Source: Bacillota bacterium (GTDB lineage Bacteria > Bacillota > Clostridia > Acetivibrionales > DTU013). From it: DNA of 64,000 nucleotides. The stretch's first letter is position 1, and the number at the start of each line of letters is the position of its first letter. The stretch is from assembly GCA_050261495.1 (NCBI GenBank), contig JBLNDI010000146.1, positions 1,357 to 65,356 on the forward strand. The letters are read 5' to 3'. Made by a program: the position numbers and the translations under genes. Positions 1 through 9,593 of the stretch are shown here, piece by piece. The notes below the pieces were generated by a model. That model worked only from the letters and a program-made list of their open reading frames with translations. It ran no database searches and was not told the DNA's origin.

Positions 1-576
1 GACTACCCATATGGCGGCGGCAATGGCCTTGTAATGCTGGCCCAGCCCATTTACGACACATACATGTCCATAGCGGGAAGCCTTGATTACAAGCCGTATT
101 TCATTTACATGAGCCCGCAGGGCAAGCTCCTGACCCAGGAACTGGCCGAGAAGTTGTCATCGCTAAAGCATATTGTCATTTTATGCGGCCATTATGAAGG
201 TGTTGACGAGAGAGTGCTGGAAGAGCTTGTGGATGAGGAGATATCCATAGGGGACTATGTGCTGACAGGCGGGGAACTTCCGGCAATGGTGCTTGTTGAC
301 GCGGTTAGCAGAACGATTCCTGGTGTTTTGTCAAATAGCGGGTCTTATAAGGAAGAATCCCATACAAACGGTCTCCTTGAATACCCGCAATACACCAGGC
401 CGTATGAATTTTTAGGGAAAAAAGTTCCTGATATATTATTGTCAGGACATCATGCCAACATTGAAAAATGGAGAAGAAAGCAGTCGCTTAAGCGTACAAA
501 GGCCAGACGCCCGGACCTCTTTGAAAAGCTGGAATTATCTGAAGAAGATAAAAAACTGCTCGAGGAAGAGCCCTGA
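1..576 (+). CDS. trmD: tRNA (guanine37-N1)-methyltransferase TrmD, C-terminal part (5' end lies outside the window)
   Basis: The reading frame is open from base 1. It contains [33 protein letters not shown] and [11 protein letters not shown], all typical of TrmD. Confidence 0.93.
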   Translation, partial: DYPYGGGNGLVMLAQPIYDTYMSIAGSLDYKPYFIYMSPQGKLLTQELAEKLSSLKHIVILCGHYEGVDERVLEELVDEEISIGDYVLTGGELPAMVLVDAVSRTIPGVLSNSGSYKEESHTNGLLEYPQYTRPYEFLGKKVPDILLSGHHANIEKWRRKQSLKRTKARRPDLFEKLELSEEDKKLLEEEP

Positions 577-629
577 TGTTTTGCATGTTTTCGTTTGATG
601 GCAAGCAACGCAGCAGGGCGGCGAACAGT

Positions 630-648
630 TAAAAACCGGTAAACCGGT
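630..648 (-). terminator. Possible weak terminator for the minus-strand cupin gene
   Basis: ACCGGT-aa-ACCGGT forms a short hairpin followed on the minus strand by a T5 run (plus-strand A-run 631-635). The stem is short. Confidence 0.3.
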
Positions 649-665
649 GATAAAATCAAGTATTG

Positions 666-1013
666 CTAAAACAGCAGTATAACAGCAATGAGCACCAATT
701 GCTCATCACCGTTATTCTCTATGGAATGAGAACCTCCGTTTCCTGTGATGGAGGCATCTCCCGGTGATAATTCCGTTATATTTCCGTTATCGTTAATGAT
801 GCCTTTTCCGCTTATTACATAGTAGATTTCCTCTTCCTTGTCATGCTGATGCATCCCTATCGAGCATCCGGGATTCAGCGTGATCTTGGCAAACAGCCTT
901 GCTTTCCCGGTCATTTCATCCTGTCCGAAAATATGCATCAATTCCACGCTGCCCTTGCCGCCGCGCATCTCATGCCTTAAATCCCTGATCATCTCATTAG
1001 CTCTTTTTATCAT
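666..1013 (-). CDS. Small cupin-domain protein (metal-binding HxH...E...H motif)
   Basis: GMHQHDKEEEIYYVISG and GGSHSIEN match the cupin motifs. I prefer the ATG at 1013, which has GGTGAT upstream. The ORF track extends to a TTG at 1028. Confidence 0.75.
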   Translation of the reverse strand: MIKRANEMIRDLRHEMRGGKGSVELMHIFGQDEMTGKARLFAKITLNPGCSIGMHQHDKEEEIYYVISGKGIINDNGNITELSPGDASITGNGGSHSIENNGDEQLVLIAVILLF

Positions 1014-1102
1014 GCAAACATCACCCAATGGATATTATAACTAATATGCCATATTCATACAAGACAAGAAAAGCTTTTAAAAATTCTCGAAAAGAGAAGT
1101 GC

Positions 1103-1131
1103 TTGTCATGAATTTAGTACTATGCTATAAT
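1103..1131 (+). promoter_or_regulatory. Sigma-A promoter of the LacI-family regulator gene
   Basis: TTGTCA (1103-1108), a 17-nt spacer, then TGcTATAAT (extended -10; TATAAT at 1126-1131). Confidence 0.6.
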
Positions 1132-1145
1132 TAATTCAAAAGTAA

Positions 1146-1159
1146 TGAATACGTATTCA
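1146..1159. promoter_or_regulatory. Perfect 14-bp palindromic operator TGAATACGTATTCA (candidate LacI-family site, copy 1)
   Basis: The sequence is self-complementary. It lies 14 nt downstream of the -10 element, and the same core GAATACGTATTC recurs at 2863 and 2997. Confidence 0.65.
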
Positions 1160-1187
1160 TTAATCGTGATTAGGATGGTAAGTTAAA

Positions 1188-2207
1188 GTGAGCAAAAACA
1201 ATAATTTTAACAACAAGGTTACTTCAAAAGATGTGGCATTGTTGGCCGGAGTATCGCAATCGACAGTGTCGAAGGTCTTTTCGAAGAATGCAAAACTTTC
1301 CAAGGAGACAAAAAGAAAAGTTTTAGAAGCGGCAAAAGTGCTCAACTATCTTCCGAATGCGTTTGCCCGGAATCTAGTATTATCAAAGAGCAATATTATA
1401 GGAATTGTAAAAGGATATACCAAAAATATTGCGTTTACGGAAATGCTATCCGAACTTGTCTATTTAATACAGAAATCTAATAAGCATATCATCTATTTTG
1501 AAACGGAAAAAGGCCAGTCTATTGACGATATGATGCCGCTTATTCTGCAATACCAGATTGAAGGCCTAATACTTTTGTATGCAAACCTATCTTCAGAGTT
1601 GACATCGGCCTGCCAGCGAAAAGGTATTCCTGTAATGCAGGTGCTCAGGTATTCAACTTCAGCAAAAACAAACGTGGTTTTACCCGACAACTACAAAGCC
1701 GCTGAGGATGCAGCGACATTGTTTGTACAAAAAGGATTTCGAAATTTTATATACCTGGCGGGTGAAGTGAATTCTTCATCTAATATGGAGCGGCAATTAG
1801 GTTTTATAAAGAAATTACACGAGTATGGTTTTTCAAATCCTATTATATGCCAAGGGGATTATACATATGAGTCCGGCGTGAAGGCTATTCGTTCCGTGGC
1901 GAAAGGAATACCATTGCCATGTGCCATCCTGTCAGGAAATGATTTAATGGCTTTTGGCGCCATTGATACATTGAAATATGAATTCGGATTAACTATCGGT
2001 AAAGATGTTGCACTGATTGGGTTTGATAATTTATTTATGGGGGAATGGCCGTCTTATTCTTTGTCAAGCTATTGCCAACCTATTTCCCAAATGGCAAAAG
2101 ACGCGGTTGAATTGTTATTCAAAAATATCCAGGATAAAGACATGGTACCGGTTGAGAAACGGTATCCGCTGCAACTTATTGAAAGAAACTCAACAAAAAC
2201 GGACTAA
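1188..2207 (+). CDS. LacI/PurR-family transcriptional regulator
   Basis: N-terminal HTH VTSKDVALLAGVSQSTVSKVFS followed by a periplasmic-binding-protein-like sugar-binding core. GTG start. Confidence 0.9.
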   Translation: MSKNNNFNNKVTSKDVALLAGVSQSTVSKVFSKNAKLSKETKRKVLEAAKVLNYLPNAFARNLVLSKSNIIGIVKGYTKNIAFTEMLSELVYLIQKSNKHIIYFETEKGQSIDDMMPLILQYQIEGLILLYANLSSELTSACQRKGIPVMQVLRYSTSAKTNVVLPDNYKAAEDAATLFVQKGFRNFIYLAGEVNSSSNMERQLGFIKKLHEYGFSNPIICQGDYTYESGVKAIRSVAKGIPLPCAILSGNDLMAFGAIDTLKYEFGLTIGKDVALIGFDNLFMGEWPSYSLSSYCQPISQMAKDAVELLFKNIQDKDMVPVEKRYPLQLIERNSTKTD

Positions 2208-2221
2208 GGAGGTTAATCGCT

Positions 2222-2602
2222 ATGAAATTCATTCGGGAATCGGAAGCGCCCAAGGAACATTTTGAAGCACCTTATAAGCGTACAATTGCTCATATTGTAG
2301 CACCATGGACAGTGGGGTCCAGGCATGTATGGTTAGGTACGTGTACATATCCCCCGGGATTTACCAGCAATCCGCATTCACACGATGATATGGAAGAAAC
2401 TTTCTATTGTATTGGTGGAAAAGGCCAAATTAAGGTAAATGATACAGTTTTTAATGTAGAGATAGGCGATGCGGTTTATTGTGCTCCGGGCGAAGTCCAT
2501 CAGGTCATTAATCTGAACGGAACCGAAGATTTCAAGGTAGTGGCTGTCGTTACGCCGCCATTTACACCGGATTCATTTAAAAAAGATCACAGTGTTAAAT
2601 AA
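2222..2602 (+). CDS. Small cupin-domain protein (second copy in the island)
   Basis: NPHSHDDMEETFYCIGG and GEVHQVIN match the cupin motifs. AAGGAGG RBS 8 nt upstream. Confidence 0.75.
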   Translation: MKFIRESEAPKEHFEAPYKRTIAHIVAPWTVGSRHVWLGTCTYPPGFTSNPHSHDDMEETFYCIGGKGQIKVNDTVFNVEIGDAVYCAPGEVHQVINLNGTEDFKVVAVVTPPFTPDSFKKDHSVK

Positions 2603-2819
2603 GCATAAAAAGGTAAAGTTTAATTGAAACCGCCTGTCTTGCGGGCAGTATAAAAGCTGTGTTAAGATGAGGACTTCTGGTTCGGCTCACCATGGAATAC
2701 GAAATAATGTGCAAAAATATAAAAGAGATATTTCCCTGAGGGAGGAAATCGGAAGAACCCCCTTAGGCAGTATTCTTCAGCAGCAGTTGTTTACATGATA
2801 AAAAATCTTTCAGAAATAC

Positions 2820-2848
2820 TTGCTATTAATATAGCTCTGTGCTATAAT
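2820..2848 (+). promoter_or_regulatory. Sigma-A promoter of the ABC-transporter/catabolic operon
   Basis: TTGCTA (2820-2825), a 17-nt spacer, then TGcTATAAT (TATAAT at 2843-2848). The architecture matches the promoter at 1103. Confidence 0.6.
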
Positions 2849-2862
2849 AAAATCCATAGTAA

Positions 2863-2876
2863 GGAATACGTATTCC
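2863..2876. promoter_or_regulatory. Perfect 14-bp palindromic operator GGAATACGTATTCC (copy 2)
   Basis: Self-complementary and 14 nt downstream of the -10 element, the same spacing as copy 1. Confidence 0.65.
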
Positions 2877-2996
2877 ATACATGATTCTTGATAAAGCAAT
2901 ATTCCCGATGCGCCTTAATACAAACGTTAGCACTAAAGCAATATAAATACAGCATGAGGTTCTTATGGCTCTAAATTATAGAAATTTTTATAGCAA

Positions 2997-3010
2997 GGAA
3001 TACGTATTCT
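2997..3010. promoter_or_regulatory. Operator copy 3, GGAATACGTATTCT (12-bp perfect palindromic core at 2998-3009)
   Basis: It shares the GAATACGTATTC core and lies 134 bp centre-to-centre downstream of copy 2, inside the long leader. Confidence 0.55.
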
Positions 3011-3141
3011 TTAAATAATAATTAGACTATAAATAAAGATCGGATAAAAAAACAATTCTAATAGTAAGTTTACATCATAAGCCGTGGCTCTACTGGCCAT
3101 TGAGATATATATTGAAAGTATTCTATATTCCGGAGGTTCAT

Positions 3142-4116
3142 ATGATAGGGTCTGAAAAAGTATCTTCAACAAATTTCCTAAAAAATGTGCAGTTTAAGAA
3201 AATACTAACTAAGTCGGGCTTATGGATAATTTTTATTATACTAGTGATTATTGCTTCGATATTATCACCCAGGTTTTTAACTTATAATAATATATTTAAT
3301 GTGCTTCGTCAGATTTCCATACTTGGCATATTGGCTGTGGGAATGACATTTGTCATAATTTCCGGAGGAATTGATTTGTCTGTCGGTGGAGTCATGGCCT
3401 TCTCATGTGTTTTAGTTCCACTTGTATCGCCATATGTGGGAAATAACATAACGCTGATATGTTTGGTCAATATTTTCGTGGGAATGATACTTGGCATTGT
3501 TACGGGGTCGCTTGTTTCTTTTGGAAAGATGCAGCCTTTCATGGCAACGTTCGGTATGGCGACCATTGCTGAAGGATTGGGCTTTTTCTTCAGCGACGGA
3601 AGGCCTATCATTTTGGATGATAAGCGATGGACCGCCTTCGGCAGCGGTGCTACTCTCAGCATACCAAATATGGCCATAATTTTTATAATCGCAGTTATTA
3701 TTGGACAGTTTGTAATTTCAAAGACGTGTTATGGACTGAATACCTATGCAATTGGCAACAACGAGGTCGCGACTTCATTATGCGGCGTCAATACAAGAAT
3801 TACTAAAATGGTAGCCTATATTATCAGTGGTACATTGGCTGCAGTCGGCGGCCTGATGATGACTGCCCGAATAGGCGTCGGTGACCCTGGAGTGGGTGTT
3901 GGATATTCATTGGACACGATTGCCGCTGTCATTGTCGGTGGAACCAGGATGGGAGGAGGCTATGGAAGTATCCTTAATACGTTCCTGGGTACTTGTATTA
4001 TTGGACTATTAAACAATGTATTTAATTTGGCGGGAATTTCTCCGTATCCTCAAATGATATTCAAGGGCATGATTATTATATTTGCTGTTCTGATGGGACA
4101 GATTCGCAAGAAGTGA
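3142..4116 (+). CDS. Sugar ABC transporter permease (CUT2 / RbsC-like)
   Basis: Multi-TM protein with GGIDLSVGGVMAF and other motifs typical of the ribose/xylose-type permease family. ATG at 3142 is preceded by GGAGG. The ORF track starts at a TTG at 3100. Confidence 0.88.
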   Translation: MIGSEKVSSTNFLKNVQFKKILTKSGLWIIFIILVIIASILSPRFLTYNNIFNVLRQISILGILAVGMTFVIISGGIDLSVGGVMAFSCVLVPLVSPYVGNNITLICLVNIFVGMILGIVTGSLVSFGKMQPFMATFGMATIAEGLGFFFSDGRPIILDDKRWTAFGSGATLSIPNMAIIFIIAVIIGQFVISKTCYGLNTYAIGNNEVATSLCGVNTRITKMVAYIISGTLAAVGGLMMTARIGVGDPGVGVGYSLDTIAAVIVGGTRMGGGYGSILNTFLGTCIIGLLNNVFNLAGISPYPQMIFKGMIIIFAVLMGQIRKK

Positions 4117-4195
4117 TGAGCAAGTGTTGTACTTATTAGAACTGGTAAAAAATGCTGCTATAAAAAAACTAGTATAAATAAAGGAGGAGAAAATC

Positions 4196-5296
4196 ATGAA
4201 AAGGTCACAAATTATCTCAATTGCACTGGTCATAGTACTGATAGCATTTGCTATCGCCGGATGCGCCGCAAAAGAGCCAGCAGCGCCTGAGGCAACCAAT
4301 GAACCGGCGCAGGAAACGAAGACGCAGGAAGCTACGAATGAAAAACCGGCTCAGGAAGAGACAAAAGAAGTCGACTTGAGCAAATTCAAGGTCGGATTTG
4401 CCCAGGACACATTGAATCAGCCTTGGCGCAACTATCAAGCAGAATGTGTCAAGAAAGTTTTTGCGGAGTATGGGATTAACTGTGAAGTAACTGATGGCCA
4501 AGGGAAAGCCGAGAAGCAGATTTCCAACATTGAAGACATGGTTGCCAACGGATTGGATTTGCTAGTTGTCAGCCCGGCACAGGAAGCTGCTCTGACACCG
4601 GTTGTCGAGCAGGTATACCAAAAAGGAATTCCTGTCGTGTGCATAGACCGTGGTATTAAAAGTGATGCGTATACAACCTTTGTTCACGCTGACAATATTT
4701 TAATCGGCGCAATGGCCGCAGACTTTATCGCGGAGAAGATGACCGAGAAGTATGGCGAACCCAAGGGCAATGTAGTTGTTATCGAAGGCGTTCCGGGTTC
4801 AACGACAGCCGTACAACGTGACGAAGGATTCAGAAAGCGGATACAGGAAAAATATCCAAATCTTAAAATTTTAGCTAGCCAACCTGCAGACTATCGTCGT
4901 GATTTAGCTATGGCCGTAATGGAGGATTATCTGCAAGCCTACGACAACATAGATGCAGTTTTCACTCATGCCGATGAAATGACGATGGGAGCTATTGCAG
5001 CTATCGAGAATGCAGGACGGCGCAATGAAATGATAATTGCGAGCGTCAACGGCACCATGGAAGCTATTAAAGCAATCATGGACGGCCGTATGGACTGTTC
5101 GGTTCTGTATTCCAACTGCTCAGGTCCTGGCGTTGAATATGCCGTTAAGCTTCTTAAAGGCGAAGAAGTTCCTAAAAACGTTGTTATTGAAGCACTGGTA
5201 ATCGATACGGAAAATGCCGCGGAGTATTATAAAGAAGGCGCTTATTCTCCAGACCCGATGCCACTTGAGGAGGGCAAATATACGATCATCAAATAA
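4196..5296 (+). CDS. Sugar ABC transporter substrate-binding lipoprotein (periplasmic binding protein, ribose/galactose class)
   Basis: Signal peptide with lipobox IAGC, a Pro/Glu/Thr-rich linker, then a Peripla_BP-like core (VGFAQDTLNQPW, VVCIDRGI). AGGAGG RBS. Confidence 0.88.
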   Translation: MKRSQIISIALVIVLIAFAIAGCAAKEPAAPEATNEPAQETKTQEATNEKPAQEETKEVDLSKFKVGFAQDTLNQPWRNYQAECVKKVFAEYGINCEVTDGQGKAEKQISNIEDMVANGLDLLVVSPAQEAALTPVVEQVYQKGIPVVCIDRGIKSDAYTTFVHADNILIGAMAADFIAEKMTEKYGEPKGNVVVIEGVPGSTTAVQRDEGFRKRIQEKYPNLKILASQPADYRRDLAMAVMEDYLQAYDNIDAVFTHADEMTMGAIAAIENAGRRNEMIIASVNGTMEAIKAIMDGRMDCSVLYSNCSGPGVEYAVKLLKGEEVPKNVVIEALVIDTENAAEYYKEGAYSPDPMPLEEGKYTIIK

Positions 5297-5375
5297 ATTT
5301 CTGTGCGGTTAAAATGACGGTATCGCCGGCCGTTCCTGCTGGAATGGCCGGCAGATACAAAGGTTGGAGTGAATT

Positions 5376-6893
5376 ATGTCATTATTGTTAGAAACAAACA
5401 ATATTTGCAAATCGTTTCCGGGCGTGAAAGCTTTGAAGGATGTGAGCCTGGCTTTTAAAAAGGGAGAAGTTCACGCTTTGGTTGGTGAAAACGGCGCCGG
5501 AAAAACAACACTGATGCGGGTTATTTGCGGCATATACCAACCGGATAGCGGAGAGATTCTTCTTGAAGGCAAAAGGGTGAAATTCCAGAATCCACGCCAA
5601 TCACAGGAACAAGGTATAGCAATTATACACCAGGAATTGAACATGCCTGTCAATCTGACTATAGCCGAGTACATTTTTCTGGGACGCACTCCTAAAAATA
5701 AGCTTGGTATGGTCCGGAAGAAGGAAGCAATTTTGCAATCACAGAAATTGCTTGATTTGGTAGAGGTGAAACGGCACGCGTCCACCAAAATATACGAACT
5801 GAATGTAGCGGAACAGCAGTTGGTGGAGATTGCCAGAGCGCTTTCTCTAAACAGCAAGCTTTTAATTATGGATGAACCTACTTCTGCCCTGAACCAACAG
5901 GAAACGAATAATCTGTTTAGAATTATTCGGAGCCTCAAAAAGCAGGATGTAACGGTTATATATATTTCGCACAAGCTTAACGAGATATTTGAAATTGCTG
6001 ACGACATTACAGTGATGCGAGACGGATGTGTTATAGGAACCCACCCCGTTAAGGACTGCACGCATGAAATGATCGTAAAAATGATGACGGGTAAATCGTT
6101 TGAAGGCGACTACTATGCTAAAAACATAGAGAAGGAACAGAAGATCAACGAGAACAAGCCGGTCATGGTCGTCAAGAACTTGTCATCAAATTCGAAAAAG
6201 CTGAAAGTTGTCAGCTTTGAGGTTTATCAAGGCGAGGTTCTGGGTATCGCAGGCCTTTTGGGTTCAGGACGGACTGAGCTTTTCAGGGCTATTTTCGGTG
6301 CGGATCCAAAGACTCAGGGCGAGGTTATTATTAATGGGGAACCGGTTCGGATAAGTAGTACGACCGATGCGGTACGTGCTGGAGTAATGCTGTTACCTGA
6401 GGATCGAAAAGTAGAGGGCTTGGTTTTGCAGATGGACATTAAGAGCAATATTGCCTTACCGTCTTTGCGGTTCCTGTCATCCTGGGGTGTAATCAATAAA
6501 AGCAAAAGAAAACTCATGGCTTCACAATTTATAAAACAACTGCAGATCAAATGTACAGGAATGGACCAGGATGTAAACAATTTAAGCGGAGGAAACCAAC
6601 AAAAGGTTGTTTTTGCAAAGTGGCTTGCGGCAAGCCCAAAAGTGCTTCTGCTGGACGATCCTACCCGGGGCGTGGATGTTGGGGCAAAGCATGAGATATA
6701 TGGACTTATCCGCGAACTTGCCAGTAAGGGTATCGGCGTTGTGTTCGTATCTTCGGAGATGCCGGAACTTGTCGGTGTATGCGACAGGATTATTGTAATG
6801 CGTGATGGAGAAATTGTAGGTGAAGCAAAAGGTAATGCCATAAACGAAAATAATCTTATGATGATAGCGACAGGAGATAGTGCCAGTGTCTGA
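5376..6893 (+). CDS. Sugar ABC transporter ATP-binding protein with two fused nucleotide-binding domains (RbsA/MglA-like)
   Basis: Walker A GENGAGKTT, a signature/Walker B region (LIMDEPTSAL), and a second NBD with LSGGNQQKV and LLLDDPTRGVD. Confidence 0.92.
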   Translation: MSLLLETNNICKSFPGVKALKDVSLAFKKGEVHALVGENGAGKTTLMRVICGIYQPDSGEILLEGKRVKFQNPRQSQEQGIAIIHQELNMPVNLTIAEYIFLGRTPKNKLGMVRKKEAILQSQKLLDLVEVKRHASTKIYELNVAEQQLVEIARALSLNSKLLIMDEPTSALNQQETNNLFRIIRSLKKQDVTVIYISHKLNEIFEIADDITVMRDGCVIGTHPVKDCTHEMIVKMMTGKSFEGDYYAKNIEKEQKINENKPVMVVKNLSSNSKKLKVVSFEVYQGEVLGIAGLLGSGRTELFRAIFGADPKTQGEVIINGEPVRISSTTDAVRAGVMLLPEDRKVEGLVLQMDIKSNIALPSLRFLSSWGVINKSKRKLMASQFIKQLQIKCTGMDQDVNNLSGGNQQKVVFAKWLAASPKVLLLDDPTRGVDVGAKHEIYGLIRELASKGIGVVFVSSEMPELVGVCDRIIVMRDGEIVGEAKGNAINENNLMMIATGDSASV

Positions 6894-6984
6894 TCCAAAC
6901 AGCGTATAAATGCCATGCTCCGGACAAGGCCTGGCGTCATCTGTCGATGCTGCTGACAACATTTAGAAAAGGAGATGAATTATC

Positions 6985-7677
6985 GTGAGAGCAATTGATT
7001 TAACACAAGAAATCTATACCGGTATGCCCGTGTTCCCGGGACATGCAAAAACTGTTATTTTTGACACTACGACGCATGAAGAAATGAGGAGACGTTTGAC
7101 AGACGGCTACAGCTACAGGACGAACGGACTTCTTTTATGTGACCACGGACCAACACACGTTGATGCTGTCAGCCATATAGATCCTAGTCCAGATGCACCG
7201 ACTATTGATGAAATGTCGCTGGAAAACTTCTATGGACCCGGCATATGCCTGGATATATCTTGTTTTCCTGAGCATACCCTGATTGAACCGAAAGATATTA
7301 TTGAGGCCGAAAAAAAGGCGGTACGAAAAATCCGAAAGGGTGATATTGTCCTGTTCTATACCGGCCACTACGAACGTCATTATCCCAATCCTGAGTATTT
7401 GGAGAACTACACGGGTTTCTCATACGACGCAGCTGCATACCTGATTGAAGAAAGAGGCATAAAGAACTGGGGTACAGACACACCCAGCCCTGATCGGCCT
7501 CCTACGACGAATTATCCCGTTCACCAGCATTATAAGAAAACCCGGGTACCGCACATGGAAAACCTGTGCAACCTTGATAAACTACTGGGTAAGGAGTTCT
7601 TTTTCTACGGCTTTCCTCTTAAAATCAGAAAAGGATCAGGGTCACCGATCCGAGCAGTTGCGATAATTGATGATTAA
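6985..7677 (+). CDS. Cyclase-family metal hydrolase (kynurenine-formamidase-like fold)
   Basis: DHGPTHVDAVSH matches the HxxTHxDxxxH zinc motif of the putative-cyclase family. GTG start with an AAGGAG RBS. Confidence 0.75.
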   Translation: MRAIDLTQEIYTGMPVFPGHAKTVIFDTTTHEEMRRRLTDGYSYRTNGLLLCDHGPTHVDAVSHIDPSPDAPTIDEMSLENFYGPGICLDISCFPEHTLIEPKDIIEAEKKAVRKIRKGDIVLFYTGHYERHYPNPEYLENYTGFSYDAAAYLIEERGIKNWGTDTPSPDRPPTTNYPVHQHYKKTRVPHMENLCNLDKLLGKEFFFYGFPLKIRKGSGSPIRAVAIIDD

Positions 7678-7893
7678 TCTTACTTTTCGCCTGAAAAGAG
7701 GAGAGACATATTTACGCATGTGGTATTAAGCAGCCTAAGCGTTGTGTTTTCGGCATGGCAGGTGTTAGCACATGGATGCCTTGCCATGCCGAAAAACGAA
7801 AAAATTTTACTTTTTAATTGAGTACCAAAAAAGCAAATGAAATACCAGATATTTAACATCACTAAAAATAAAAATCAATCTAGGAGAATAAAG

Positions 7894-8730
7894 ATGAGAA
7901 GCAAAGAACTAGGCATTGGAAAATGGAAAGCAACAGCATTATATTGTGGCTATCATATTGCTCCCAAATCATTTCACACAGTCGGTTATGACGCGGATTT
8001 GGTTTTAAAGATGCCGTATTTGGCTTTTTTGCTGCAGGATGGCGAGCAGAACATATTGATCGATAACGGCATCAATGCCAGCTTCATAATCGATGGGAAA
8101 GCTTGGGCCGGATGCCCGGCAGATGCAGGCGAGAAAGATTTGATTGGATCTTTGGCAAAGGTTGGCCTCAAGCCGGAGGATATAGATCTTGTACTCTATA
8201 CCCACCTGCATAATGACCATGCGGGTAACGCACATCTGTTCCCGAATACAAAGTCCATTGCCCAAAAGGACGAATGGTACAACCTCAACCACCAGGTATT
8301 TGCCGAAAAACTAAGACGCGACTATGACTCGTCGGTTATACCTGTTTTGGCTGCGAATAAAAATTTCTTTACCGTTGAAGGCGATATACAGCTTATGGAA
8401 GGTATAAAGCTGATCAAGACCCCCGGGCATACCAGGGGAAGCCAATCCATAGTAGCTAATACGGTTAATGGCATAAGGGTATTTGTCGGCGATCAGTTCC
8501 ATCAGCTTTGCAGTTGCTTCCCGTGGATGGAGGAAATTATGGATTGCGACGGCAAAAAGTTTAAAATCACACCTGCGCCGGCGGACTGGCCTACAATACC
8601 TTCCAGCCTGGTTTACAACTATTATGCCTATTATGACAGTGCGGAAAAGATAAAGGTGCATGTTCCTGAACTGAAGCCCGAATGCATCATTTGCGGACAT
8701 GATGCTTCGCTTCTTTTCAGAGAAATATAA
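7894..8730 (+). CDS. MBL-fold metallo-hydrolase, lactonase-like
   Basis: YTHLHNDHAGN (HxHxDH) plus a downstream TPGHTRGS. ATG at 7894 is preceded by AGGAG. The ORF track starts at 7837. Confidence 0.8.
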   Translation: MRSKELGIGKWKATALYCGYHIAPKSFHTVGYDADLVLKMPYLAFLLQDGEQNILIDNGINASFIIDGKAWAGCPADAGEKDLIGSLAKVGLKPEDIDLVLYTHLHNDHAGNAHLFPNTKSIAQKDEWYNLNHQVFAEKLRRDYDSSVIPVLAANKNFFTVEGDIQLMEGIKLIKTPGHTRGSQSIVANTVNGIRVFVGDQFHQLCSCFPWMEEIMDCDGKKFKITPAPADWPTIPSSLVYNYYAYYDSAEKIKVHVPELKPECIICGHDASLLFREI

Positions 8731-8757
8731 ATCTCAAAATAAATGGGGTATGTAAAG

Positions 8758-9543
8758 ATGAGTAACTATCATTGCAGCACTCTGTTTGATATTAGAGGGA
8801 AAAAAGCGGTAGTCACCGGAGGCACAAAGGGTCTCGGACGTGAAATGGCCATATGTCTTCTTCAAAACGGATGCGATGTACTTGCCGTAAGCAGGAATAT
8901 AAGCGGGAATGAAGACATGCTTGATATTGCGGAAAAGAGTGGGACAAAGCTTTACTTTTATTCATGCGATGTGTGCGATACGGAAGCCGTTAAACAAATG
9001 GTCAAATATGCCGAGGAGACCCTGGGACGCATTGATATATTGATAAATTCCGCCGGAAAAAACATTACCAAAATGGTCGAGGAGATGGACGACGAATCGT
9101 GGGATTCCGTACTTGATTTGAACCTCAAGGCAACCTTTGTTGTAATGCGTGAAGTGATAAAAGTGATGAGAAAGCAGAAGTATGGCAAGATAATCAACAT
9201 GTCGTCCATGAAAAGCGTATTTGGCGTTTCAGACGCCGGTTATACAGCCTACTGCGCTTCCAAAGGCGCAGTTAACATGCTTTCCAAGCAAGTTGCATGT
9301 GAAGTGGCAAAAGACAATATTACCGTAAATGTACTGGCGCCGACATTTATCGAAACCGCAATCAATCGGCATCAATTGGCGGACCCGGTGTTCAAAAGCG
9401 CGTTGGAGGCGAGGATACCTATCGGACGCATAGGCCAGTTCAGTGATCTTATGGGTCCCTTGCTGCTTTTCGCATCCGATGCCTCACAGTTCCTGACCGG
9501 GCAGGTAATGTTGATCGACGGCGGCATAGCAGCGCGTCAATGA
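8758..9543 (+). CDS. SDR-family oxidoreductase (FabG / gluconate-5-dehydrogenase-like)
   Basis: TGGTKGLG cofactor motif, NSAG, and a YxxxK catalytic pair (YCASKGAV). The start is uncertain between 8743 and 8758. Confidence 0.85.
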   Translation: MSNYHCSTLFDIRGKKAVVTGGTKGLGREMAICLLQNGCDVLAVSRNISGNEDMLDIAEKSGTKLYFYSCDVCDTEAVKQMVKYAEETLGRIDILINSAGKNITKMVEEMDDESWDSVLDLNLKATFVVMREVIKVMRKQKYGKIINMSSMKSVFGVSDAGYTAYCASKGAVNMLSKQVACEVAKDNITVNVLAPTFIETAINRHQLADPVFKSALEARIPIGRIGQFSDLMGPLLLFASDASQFLTGQVMLIDGGIAARQ

Positions 9544-9593
9544 CAAACATTACGTGATATCCACGCGTTGGTGTGAAAGGAGTGAATATAAAA

